From the IMG/VR virus record IMGVR_UViG_3300046007_006189: a stretch of DNA of 64,000 bases. The stretch is one strand, 5' to 3'. The stretch's first letter is position 1. Every line of letters begins with the position of its first letter. Of the stretch, positions 46,851 to 56,600 are shown one piece after another. The notes beneath the pieces are model-generated. The model was not told where the DNA came from. It did not search any database and worked only from the letters and a program-made list of their open reading frames with translations. The translations under genes were made by a program, and so were the position numbers. Source of the DNA: an uncultured virus (IMG/VR IMGVR_UViG_3300046007_006189). Lineage: Duplodnaviria; Heunggongvirae; Uroviricota; Caudoviricetes.

Positions 46851-48587
46851 TCATGTAAACCAGTGTTTCATATCTATAGGTGCGTCGAATTCCACTTTTT
46901 TCAGTGGTTTATCGCTTAAGATCCAATAATCTTCGCCTATTTTTTCTGCTTTTTCTGGATCTTGTCCGCCATCATCAAAAAATCCAAAAGGCATAATTTC
47001 TGATTCTATTTTTTCTATTTCGTGTTTATACATGTCCAAACGAATATCCAGATCTGTCAAATTTTTGAAAAAATCTTGTCTGGTTGCCCATGCAAAGAAA
47101 ACAAGGCACATTACTAAATCGTCATTATGTCCGTCGTCTGCTTCGAAACTTGTTCGTTTGGCAATAAAGGTTGTGAGCTCGTCTATTATATCTATATCTT
47201 CAATTATTAATTTATCTTGCTCAATCAGATTCTTTAAAACCGAGCATCCTAGTTTTTTAACAAGAGTAGTGGTTCGAACGCCCATTTGTTGGTTTCGGTT
47301 TCCATACTCAGTAATAATTTGACCTTTTCTGCCTAAAACATTAACTTTGATTAAATTTTCATATTCGAGATCAGTATGTAAAATATCTGCGACTTGACCA
47401 CCTATATCATTAACCTCGACTAAGCAATAGGCATCATTATACTTTTTACCAATTGATCGGACTATAGATGGTAACACCAAGGGGGATGTTATATTATTTC
47501 GATACTTAGCGACAATTTTATATGGAGTTTGAGTAACATCCAATACTACCACTGCACTATAATCCTTTCCCTGTCCCCGTGATGTATCCACGGTCATGAA
47601 ATAGACATGATCTTTTTTAACATCCTCTTCGTCGTTTTCTTTTCTTACGGGTTCTTCGTAAATCCAGAAACCGTCTTTATTTCTCACGAGTGGTTGTTTC
47701 CAATACATGGAATTCAATTTAGCTGAAGATATCAGCGTATTGCTTGAACCAATAAAATCACATTCGAACTCCTGCTGGAACTGTCTATCCGATGTGTTTT
47801 GAATTGTTTTTTGTTTCCATGCTTCATTTCTCAGAGGACCACCCGGATATTCTGGAACCTGGCTCCAATGTACATCTATTGCTTTGTATTCGTTTTTATT
47901 ATTAATAGCACCCTTCCAGAATTGATAAAACATATTCAATCCGTTTGGTGTTGAAATAATAATAACCTGAGTTGTTTGACCAGAGGTTACTGTTGGATAT
48001 ACGGAACTAAAGAATTCTTCGGATACATTTGTAGGAACGTGAGCAAACTCGTCCAGTAGAATAATGTTATAAGAACCACCACGCACCGCACTTGAACTTG
48101 TTGCGGCGGCGATTATTCTTGATCCGTTCTCTAATTGAATAGAATGTTTATTCCATTCTACTATTCCCTGCTGTAACCATAATGGCAAATATTCATATGC
48201 CATTTTAATTCTTGCTAAAACTTCTCTTGCAGCAGATTGCTTGTTTGCAAGAATTGCGATATTCATATTTTGATTGAATAATGCTTTTTGTAGCAAGTAT
48301 CCAGGACCTACAGTTGTGGTCTTTCCTGACTGTCTTGGTAATTTACAAATAACATGTCTATTATTCCAAAGAGTATTAATTATTGTTTCTTGATAATCAT
48401 ACAAATTAAATGGAACGATACCGGAGTCTAGTGACACTACTTTGATATAAGTTTTAGCAAAATGTATAGGATCGTTGGCGCATTTTAAATATTCCTCTAC
48501 CTGTTCTTTGGTAAAGTCTATTTTAACACCAACTGGTTTTAAATTGCTGTTTCCTAAGTAACCTTTTCTGTTATATTTAACCGGCAT
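46851..48587 (-). CDS. g17: Terminase large subunit gp17
   Basis: YLGN.NLK, PRQSGKTT, LDEFAHV, STPNG.N.FY, F.QEFEC.F.GS, DTSRG.G.DYS, HNDDLVM; likely start MPVKY (48587). Confidence 0.98.
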   Translation of the reverse strand: MPVKYNRKGYLGNSNLKPVGVKIDFTKEQVEEYLKCANDPIHFAKTYIKVVSLDSGIVPFNLYDYQETIINTLWNNRHVICKLPRQSGKTTTVGPGYLLQKALFNQNMNIAILANKQSAAREVLARIKMAYEYLPLWLQQGIVEWNKHSIQLENGSRIIAAATSSSAVRGGSYNIILLDEFAHVPTNVSEEFFSSVYPTVTSGQTTQVIIISTPNGLNMFYQFWKGAINNKNEYKAIDVHWSQVPEYPGGPLRNEAWKQKTIQNTSDRQFQQEFECDFIGSSNTLISSAKLNSMYWKQPLVRNKDGFWIYEEPVRKENDEEDVKKDHVYFMTVDTSRGQGKDYSAVVVLDVTQTPYKIVAKYRNNITSPLVLPSIVRSIGKKYNDAYCLVEVNDIGGQVADILHTDLEYENLIKVNVLGRKGQIITEYGNRNQQMGVRTTTLVKKLGCSVLKNLIEQDKLIIEDIDIIDELTTFIAKRTSFEADDGHNDDLVMCLVFFAWATRQDFFKNLTDLDIRLDMYKHEIEKIESEIMPFGFFDDGGQDPEKAEKIGEDYWILSDKPLKKVEFDAPIDMKHWFT

Positions 48588-49050
48588 CGTCTTCGCTTTC
48601 TGCATCAATTAAATTTTCACCTGATTTAAATTGACTTCTTGATTTATTTAACAAATTCTGTAGGTCGGTAGTAGAACCGACATATATTGAATTGTTTGTT
48701 GTATTTTTAATAGAAACTTTATCTTTATCTGCCTCATTTGCTTTTGTGTGCAGATCTAGAAGATCCTTGTTCATCTCACTGAGTGTTTTTAGAAGGGTCG
48801 CAGCGACCTCATACGCTCTTGGAGAGTCACCTGCGGTCGCAACCCGCATAATTCCATCTACCGCGTCCATACCCGTTCCTATCAATTCCTTGATACCATC
48901 TCGGGCAGAATCAAAATCTGTATTAAGTAATTGCTCTCTTCTTTCGCGTTTTAATTGCGACAATTGTTTTTTATCAACTATGGCTTCTTTTGGAGAATCC
49001 GTAGGTTCATATTTTATTTCAAGTGCTTTTGATATTTTTTCTTCAGACAT
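48577..49050 (-). CDS. g16: Terminase small subunit gp16
   Basis: DF..AR, PRAYEVAA.L.K, NNSIYVGST.DLQ.LL. Confidence 0.93.
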   Translation of the reverse strand: MSEEKISKALEIKYEPTDSPKEAIVDKKQLSQLKRERREQLLNTDFDSARDGIKELIGTGMDAVDGIMRVATAGDSPRAYEVAATLLKTLSEMNKDLLDLHTKANEADKDKVSIKNTTNNSIYVGSTTDLQNLLNKSRSQFKSGENLIDAESEDDAG

Positions 49051-49060
49051 AATTTAAACC

Positions 49061-49822
49061 TCATATTACAGAAGACCCATCTGTCATTGTGACGCTTCCA
49101 GTTGCGGCATTTCCTGTCCAACCAAAGTCCGTAATAAAATTGGATGGAGAGGCAGTAGAACCCAAGAAAGAATCGAAGAAATTGACTTCGGATGTTTCGA
49201 TAGAAACTGGCGTTCTTTGTTTGATTTGTCCATACACATATGTTTTTGCTGTAAAATCAAATACAGATGTTATCAATCTTCTTGTAGAAAAATCGCCTTC
49301 AAAATCTTCATTTGTTGCGACAGAGTTCAAAACAAAAGGAACATCAACTTTACTGGACAAAGGATTCATATTTAAACTTACCGTAAAATCTGGAGCAAAG
49401 TTTGGCAATATTTGCTCTACTATTTGTAAGGTGTCTGTTACATTTCTTGTGAACAGATATAAGTTAAAATTGATGTTGTAGGGAACTTCAGACCACATGG
49501 AATACTCTGTTCCATTAATTTGTTTTGCAATGTTTTTTAGTTTATTTACTTTTCTTGTTGGGTCATACAGATATGTTGTTATATCAAATCCCAATCTAGG
49601 AAGAGTTATCTGCACATGCTGATTGTCTGTTATTGTGTTATCTTCTCTTAGTTTTCGTAAAAACTTTTCCTTGGGTCCGTAAGTTATTGGAACTCTTACC
49701 TTTTCTGTAACATTATTAGATTCATCGAATTTGGAAAGATATATTTCGTTAAATAGCGATCCAAACGCTAAAACTAATTTTCTTACACTTTCGTTATAAT
49801 AACTTGAGTCAATTCCAAACAT
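49061..49822 (-). CDS. g15: Tail sheath stabiliser/terminator gp15
   Basis: RK.V.AFG.LFN, VPI.YGPKEKFL, LPR..F, VPYN, LQI.EQILP.F.P. Confidence 0.95.
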   Translation of the reverse strand: MFGIDSSYYNESVRKLVLAFGSLFNEIYLSKFDESNNVTEKVRVPITYGPKEKFLRKLREDNTITDNQHVQITLPRLGFDITTYLYDPTRKVNKLKNIAKQINGTEYSMWSEVPYNINFNLYLFTRNVTDTLQIVEQILPNFAPDFTVSLNMNPLSSKVDVPFVLNSVATNEDFEGDFSTRRLITSVFDFTAKTYVYGQIKQRTPVSIETSEVNFFDSFLGSTASPSNFITDFGWTGNAATGSVTMTDGSSVI

Positions 49823-50760
49823 TAGTATTTACCTTCCGAGAATGGATCTTTATCTGTAAAGTCGAATAGCGATCCACTTGTATTTTTATACTGAATCACA
49901 TCATTATCTAGATTTGGTGATATTGTATTTTGTGGATCTTTCTGTACTATAATATTTGTTGCAGTAACACCAATTACAGAGAACTCTGCGTTTGAATATG
50001 CACCCTTTATAGATTGATCTCCGGTGAGGAATGTACCAGAAACATTTCCAAGATAAAGTATGTCATAAGTGACACCATCTTGTTGTTCTATAAGAGTTGC
50101 AGTTGCAGTTGCATCTGCAAGCGTCGATCCTGCACCACATATACCAGCGACTTGATATAATATTTCGCCTGCTGTATAGTATCCAACAACCGGATCATTT
50201 GCAGTAACACCAATGAACATCTTAAGGGCGTACTCTTTCTTATCGCTTTCAATTGTATCGATGTCTGTAATTCCTGTACTGATTTCTTCGTTGCTATAAG
50301 TAAACAGTTCACATTCAAGAGTATATGTCGTGAGTGCTCCAAATTGATAAAACGGATCTCTTTTGTTTACATGGTTAATTTCAAATAAAGAACCGCTAAG
50401 TGAAAAATAAACTAAATCACCTACTCTTGGATAAACAATGTCGGAATCCTTTGTTGTTACTTCTTGTTCGAATCTAGTCCGTGATAATATAAGAGTAACG
50501 CGATCTGTAATGTTTATTCCAAATTTACTAATTACATCTGCCTGTCCATCAAACTGCATAACATTCTTTATGTACATCTCAATTGTATATGCATCCGTGA
50601 ATTTATTTTGTATATCTTCGCCAAATAATTCATCAATGTTTACATAGTTTCTTGGTATGTAAATCATGTCTCTGCCCATAGAACGAATAGTTTCGATGGT
50701 TAAATCGTTTACTAATCGCTGCTCGGCAGTACTATCACGGAAAAAAGGATTTGTTGCCAT
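49822..50760 (-). CDS. g14: Neck protein gp14
   Basis: NPFF, EQ.LV..L..E.I...G.D..YIPR, SKFG, P..GDL.Y, PFYQ.G, CELF.YS.E, DF...DPF.E. Confidence 0.93.
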   Translation of the reverse strand: MATNPFFRDSTAEQRLVNDLTIETIRSMGRDMIYIPRNYVNIDELFGEDIQNKFTDAYTIEMYIKNVMQFDGQADVISKFGINITDRVTLILSRTRFEQEVTTKDSDIVYPRVGDLVYFSLSGSLFEINHVNKRDPFYQFGALTTYTLECELFTYSNEEISTGITDIDTIESDKKEYALKMFIGVTANDPVVGYYTAGEILYQVAGICGAGSTLADATATATLIEQQDGVTYDILYLGNVSGTFLTGDQSIKGAYSNAEFSVIGVTATNIIVQKDPQNTISPNLDNDVIQYKNTSGSLFDFTDKDPFSEGKY

Positions 50761-50764
50761 TTAA

Positions 50765-51565
50765 TTATCCTACCATAAAATCTATAGGCAATTCATATGC
50801 TGTTAGCATTTCTAACTCTATTGCTTGGAGTTCTGCCTGTGCTTCTTGGTATATTGCTGCTCCCTTTAGGGTTATACCGCCAGGGAGCTGTACGCCGTCA
50901 TACTTAGCCATGTTTGCTCCCCATTGTCTTTTGATGAGGGCTGTTAGGTACTTTTTGAGTAGACGGTCGTTATAAATTTCTGTATATTTTTCTGGATCTA
51001 GAAGAACAAACGCTTCCAAAACAATATATTGTCCGACAACCATATCTGCTTTTCTTCCGGTAATATGTACTCTATTAGTAACTTTGCTAAATGTTATTGA
51101 TTTTTCAGGTTGGAAGAAATCCTGAATCAATTTAATATATCTTTTAGCAGAATCATAGGATGCAAGACCCATAGATGGACTTCCACCCAATCCACGATTG
51201 ATACCAAAGTAATCAGTCAGTGCTAATTGATAACGAATGTCAAACATATCAACGGTGGTTAACATACCAAATTGGAAGATTTTAACAATGCTCAATATAT
51301 CATTACCAGTGGGGCCATCGCCACCGGGGCCATTTGTAGGACCTAGAGTGGATGTATCGACATAACCATTATCGATATCTGTCTGGGTTAATTGATATTT
51401 AAAATATGCTCTTTCGACACCATCAAAGTGTCTTTCCGCAAAATATTGAAGAGCTTCTTCCAAACGATCTTCGCATTGCTGATAATCAACATTGATTTGT
51501 ATGACAGGATGACCCAGATTCCTGAGTGAATAGTCAATTATTGATTCCTTAGAATTTATTGCCAT
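50765..51565 (-). CDS. g13: Neck protein gp13
   Basis: LR.LG.PVI.INV...Q.EDR..EALQYF.E.HFDG, LK.Y.TALIKRQWG.N..K..GVQLPGG.TL. Confidence 0.95.
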   Translation of the reverse strand: MAINSKESIIDYSLRNLGHPVIQINVDYQQCEDRLEEALQYFAERHFDGVERAYFKYQLTQTDIDNGYVDTSTLGPTNGPGGDGPTGNDILSIVKIFQFGMLTTVDMFDIRYQLALTDYFGINRGLGGSPSMGLASYDSAKRYIKLIQDFFQPEKSITFSKVTNRVHITGRKADMVVGQYIVLEAFVLLDPEKYTEIYNDRLLKKYLTALIKRQWGANMAKYDGVQLPGGITLKGAAIYQEAQAELQAIELEMLTAYELPIDFMVG

Positions 51566-51568
51566 TTA

Positions 51569-51600
51569 AAAATCTCCTTACTTATTTATAAGGAGATTTT
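51569..51600 (-). promoter_or_regulatory. 12-bp hairpin sequestering the g13 SD, with late promoter TATAAATA (51583-51590) in its loop
   Basis: Minus strand reads AAAATCTCCTTA-taaataag-TAAGGAGATTTT-taa-ATG. Confidence 0.8.
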
Positions 51601-51606
51601 ATTATA

Positions 51607-52143
51607 TTATTCTGGTTTTGCCTGTTCTTCTGGTTTATTCGGAGGTTCGTGAGTCGAAACCTTTATTTTTTCCAGTTCTTTATATGATATGTTTTCAATA
51701 TAATATCTTCTGGTTATAGGTGAAACTGCTTCCTCTGGACTTGATGGTTTGTAATTAGTAAACCCTGGCATTTGCAATGGGCAATTTAATTTTGGATAGT
51801 CCAATTTGCTATATTCATTGCCTTCGGCATTTAACCAAGTTCCCTTCTTATCGCCGCATCCACATCCACCGCAGAAAAATCTACCATCGGTGGTGCTTTG
51901 CTTTAAATATTCACAGGGAGGTAATTGACCATCTTGGTCTTTATTACCAAAACAACTCAATACTCTGAGTTGCTTTATTGGTTTGTTTACTCTTTCGTTC
52001 TTCAATCCACGAGAAGTCAAAGCAGTAGCAAAACTCTGCACCATGCTTATTTTTTTACTTAAACTATTGGTTTCTTTTATTTCGTCTTTACGAAACTCAG
52101 GTTCATCATTATTCATATTATTTTTCCTACAATTGCACCCCAT
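51607..52143 (-). CDS. Cys-rich hypothetical protein
   Basis: MGCNCRK, SCFG, PPCEYL, FCGGCGCG, LNCPL; GGAG RBS; CATAAATA at 52160-52167. Confidence 0.7.
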   Translation of the reverse strand: MGCNCRKNNMNNDEPEFRKDEIKETNSLSKKISMVQSFATALTSRGLKNERVNKPIKQLRVLSCFGNKDQDGQLPPCEYLKQSTTDGRFFCGGCGCGDKKGTWLNAEGNEYSKLDYPKLNCPLQMPGFTNYKPSSPEEAVSPITRRYYIENISYKELEKIKVSTHEPPNKPEEQAKPE

Positions 52144-52162
52144 AATATAACTCCATTTCTAT

Positions 52163-53665
52163 TTATGTCAACAAAATTCTTCTAAAAAACAACATAGACA
52201 CTCTGGTATTTACAGAAGACAATATCATTCTTCCATAATTGCTACTATCTGCAATTGACATATATTGACAATATATCAATTTATCAGTTTTCATTGTTGA
52301 TGTCATAAATGCACCAATCGGAGCAATATGTTCTTCGAACGCTCCCGTATATTTTTTATATTGATACGCAAAGAATTGCAATTCTTTGATTGATGGTAGA
52401 TAAAAATCAACAAATCCTTTTCTGTTTTTGCCCGCAATAGTATTTGTCAATTTTGTTTTTATACCATTAAATTGTTTATTGTCTCCATAAAAATTATAGA
52501 AACCATCGTAATTTGACAAATTGGTATAATTTGTTTGGAATCTTTCATCTGTATCCAAAAATCTTGTAATATAAGTCGCAGGTTCAACTACCAATGCCCA
52601 TTTATTGTTTGATTTATTTCCAGGCCCTATTGCTTCTGAAAAATAGTTTTTAGCAAAAGAAACTTGTGAAGACCCATATATCGAAGAACCTCTTGGTGTT
52701 ATTGGTGAACCGGGTTCAAATTTTCCGATATAAAATCCACCTTTATACAATTCTCCAATAGGAAGGTCTAATGAATCAAATTCGGTTTCGGACATAGTTT
52801 CTGGTTCTATTAACCTACTTCCTATTTTTGTCGGAGTTTGTGGTGAATATATGTGATCACAAACTTTCATATCCGTTCTCATAGGAACCCAATATTCAGA
52901 ACAATCTGATTCTATTGAAAAATTACAATTATATGAATATGTGCTATTTGTTTTGTTCAGAGAATAACAACTTCCATGCTCAAATCCTTCAAATAGTGTT
53001 GATTTTGTGGTCATCAGACTAGCGAAATTAGAAGAACCGCAGTTTGCAACACCATTTCCTAACATACTGCCTTCGCATAATTTGTTTTTTGAATATATTG
53101 CTGGTTCGTTTGAGAGTGTATATCCAAGACAATCTGAACTTTTACATACGTTTTTGCATACAATTCCTGTTGGAACATTTGCTTCATTTCTTTCCATGTA
53201 GCAGCAGGATCTTGGAATTCGGGCATCAAGAGTATCGCAAGACCCGTTTAATTCATTTTGTGGATATGTTTTAATACAAAATCGTCTTGCTACATTGATA
53301 TCTTGCATGCTGGTATCAGTAGGACATGGTGAATTTGTCCACTTACCACCCAATCGATCACATTCACATTGAGTTGTTGGTGTAAGTCCTGTTGTGCTAT
53401 AAGTTATTGGATTTCCGCAACTAACAGTAGATCCCTCTACATCTAAAAATGAAGAATTACAAGAACAACAACACCCTATTTCACCGCGTTGCGGACAAGT
53501 AATTGTTTCAATATCTCCATATTGGAAGTTTCCGCCAGATTGAAAACATTCAACTAATGTTTTTTGGGTTTTATTTCCCAGAAAATCACAACATACTCCA
53601 GTAGATTTTAAATCCCCAGAATAGTCTATTGTGCTTTTTGTTCTTGTTCTAAATTGTATTGCCAT
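52163..53665 (-). CDS. Cys-rich protein with a C-terminal DUF1566/Lcl-like (C-type-lectin-like) domain
   Basis: GVCC, GCCC and RSCC repeats; C-terminal IG..YKGG.YIG ... G..DFYLPS..EL.F. Confidence 0.6.
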   Translation of the reverse strand: MAIQFRTRTKSTIDYSGDLKSTGVCCDFLGNKTQKTLVECFQSGGNFQYGDIETITCPQRGEIGCCCSCNSSFLDVEGSTVSCGNPITYSTTGLTPTTQCECDRLGGKWTNSPCPTDTSMQDINVARRFCIKTYPQNELNGSCDTLDARIPRSCCYMERNEANVPTGIVCKNVCKSSDCLGYTLSNEPAIYSKNKLCEGSMLGNGVANCGSSNFASLMTTKSTLFEGFEHGSCYSLNKTNSTYSYNCNFSIESDCSEYWVPMRTDMKVCDHIYSPQTPTKIGSRLIEPETMSETEFDSLDLPIGELYKGGFYIGKFEPGSPITPRGSSIYGSSQVSFAKNYFSEAIGPGNKSNNKWALVVEPATYITRFLDTDERFQTNYTNLSNYDGFYNFYGDNKQFNGIKTKLTNTIAGKNRKGFVDFYLPSIKELQFFAYQYKKYTGAFEEHIAPIGAFMTSTMKTDKLIYCQYMSIADSSNYGRMILSSVNTRVSMLFFRRILLT

Positions 53666-53666
53666 A

Positions 53667-56600
53667 TTAACTCTCGCAAAGTTCGTATTGTTTTATTAAA
53701 TCTGGATCATAAAGAACAGGAACACATTCGTATTGTGTAGGATCCTCTGTATTATATATTTTAATATAAACTAGATTATCGTTTCCAGAGGAATTTATAA
53801 CAGGTGGTACGCCTTCTGGTACAAAATTGAGTGGAGGGGGAGCACAAAGCCCTGTCATTGTTGATATACAAACTCCACCATTTTGATAACTTGAATTTTC
53901 ACAATCAGCAACACATATAAATTCCGGTGGTTGCCATGCAGTATTTGCTACTAATCCTAATTTAGTAGTTTCGTTTCTATTAGCCCAAGTTCTTTCTTTC
54001 ATCTTTCCTGTCAATACTCCGGGGTTGACTGTGCAGGTATTGCATGTTTCTGGTACATTTGTTATTCTATCGTAACTGATGTCGCTATTAAATAAAGGTT
54101 GATAATTTACTGTAGGACCGCTTGGAACAGGTCTGTATCTATTTGCGGCCCCTTCGCATGTTCCGGGAACTGAATCATTGCTCTCACAATTTGTTGTTGT
54201 AAGTTCGCCACTTAAATCATTTTTTAAATTTGCAGGAAAATTGAGTTCATATTTCATCAATCGATATCTACCAATACCCAATTTGCAAGTGTCGGTGGTG
54301 CCAACTCTAGAGACATCGTTGTCAATTGAAACATAATATGCAGTTATATCTGTTGTTATTACTGCTGCACCCGTAGTATCGATACTATGACAATTTGTGC
54401 TGTTAATTATATTAGCACCGACTGTATTATTAGTAACCGCGCCACTTAATGGTGTTGGTTGTCTATATCGAACTACAATTAATGATCTAGGTTGTCGTGT
54501 ACTTCCTGCGGGACATGCTAAATTAAACCCTTGAGTGCCTGTTTGGTTTACATAGTCATACCACTTTGTATAGACCAATTTATCGGTGGCATCCCAACAT
54601 GAACATTTAAATATAAAAGGAATTCCTAATGCCAAATCTAAAGTAAAATCTCCTCCTGCATTGAAACCATAATCATCTGACATGAATTGTATAAATCTAT
54701 TAGAATATAACTCTCGATTTGTAAAGTTTGGAAAATAGAAAGTACTCGATACATCAGCAAAAGTCAAATCAAATGGTCTGGCTACTTTGTTTGCGTTGCT
54801 ACGGAATAATGTGTGATAATCCGAACTATCCCATCCACCTACAGACTCTACTATAATATCAACATTTTGAGTAGCAAAATTTCCTCTTCTTAATACAAAA
54901 TTAGAATAAGGCCATTTTGTTCCTGTATCGTCGTTTCCTGTAGGTTGTACTGGATTAATTTTCCATGATATTGCACTTGTTTTTGTACCTAAATAATCGT
55001 AATCATCTGTACCACCACTACTAAATTTGGTAAATAAAGCACTACTACTCGAACAAGATGTAGTAGAAGTTTTTGATGATCCAGCAATTTTATCATTGGG
55101 AATTATTAAATTATACGCTTGCGAGTTTGCTCCTGATCTTGCATAGTTTTTAAGAGCACATACATCTACGGCGGTTGATATTGTTGTAGTAAAATTACCA
55201 CTAGTAGATGTACCACCATCATTGTCAGTAGCAGTATACTTAATAGTGTAAAGACCGTCTGCATTGAATGTTATGCCAACCGTAGGTGTATTATTTGGCG
55301 ATATAGTACTAGTTGACGGAGTTGTTGACCAAAGATAGTTTGTTATTGATCCGTCTGAATCAGTTGCAGAACCGCCAGTAATTGTATAGGTTAATTTGGT
55401 TCCAGAAGAACCAGTTGTTGAACCAGAGATTGCTGGTGTACTTGGTAATGCATTTCTTCTTAAAGTAGGATTTGGTGATGTTGATGCGGTTGCCGAAGTT
55501 GACGGATTTGTTGCAGTTGCGGATATCGTATAGGTTATTCCGGGTGTTAAATTTGATATTATACCAGTAGAATAATTTAAAGCATTATTTGTAATATTTG
55601 AATATGTTGTATTTGCTATTGTTGGACCAGGAGGAGAAATACTAAATGTCAAATTACAAGGGCCGGCAGTTGAAGCATTTGATATTCTAACACTAAATCC
55701 ACTATAACTCGTTGTTTCATTTGCAACAACAACCGCAGCGGTTGACGTAAAAGCAACAGTTGGAGTTATTGCCGCATTTAAAGTAACAGTTATATTTTGT
55801 TCTGTATATGTTCCTTCATTGTCTGTTACTCTCAATCTAAATGTATATGTTCCTGCTACACTAAATCCGGTAACAGTTGTATTTAAACTAGTCGATGAAT
55901 TTATTGTTGGTGTAGATCCAGCACCACTAACATAACTCCATTCTGTTGTTACTGATCCTCCATCTGGATCAGCAACACTTGCACCACTTCCAATTGTTAT
56001 AGATTGTGATGATCCTCTATAAGTATCAGTAACATTATTAAGACTATTAATCGTGGGGGATGAACTATTTACTACAACATTTGTTGTTTGTGATGTTGTA
56101 TTTGTGCCATCAGAAACATCTACTTTAAACGTATATGTTCTACTTGATGGTGTGGTGGAGGAAGAAAAAGGCACAGTCATTCCAGAAACTGTTGCTGTGT
56201 TTGCACTAGTACCAGAACCGGGTACTATTGTTGCTAATGGCGTGGCCGGAGAAGTTTGACTAAAACTATAAGTTAATGGTTGAGAATTAGGATCGGTTGC
56301 ACTTACAGTTAATGATGTACCAGCAGAACCGTCTGATATAGTTACTGATGTTGGGGTTGCAGTAAAACTATTAATACTTGGTGCGGGATTTGCGTTTACT
56401 GTTATTTGTCTTGTAACAGCAGTAGATTGTCTTCCATTATTGTCGGTTACTATTAGTTGTACTGTATAACTTCCTGCTAAATCTACAGTTAATGTTGGAT
56501 TAGAAACACTAGTACTATTCAATGATGCATTACTTCCGTTTGGTTTTGCTGTTATTGACCAAGCGTATGTAGAGATAAATCCATCGGAATCGGATGCAGA

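Noticed and set aside
31294..48587. Introns, inteins or homing endonucleases in g17, g20, g23, g46, g47 or uvsW
   Set aside because: All are uninterrupted and of ordinary length; no HNH, GIY-YIG or LAGLIDADG motif was recognised
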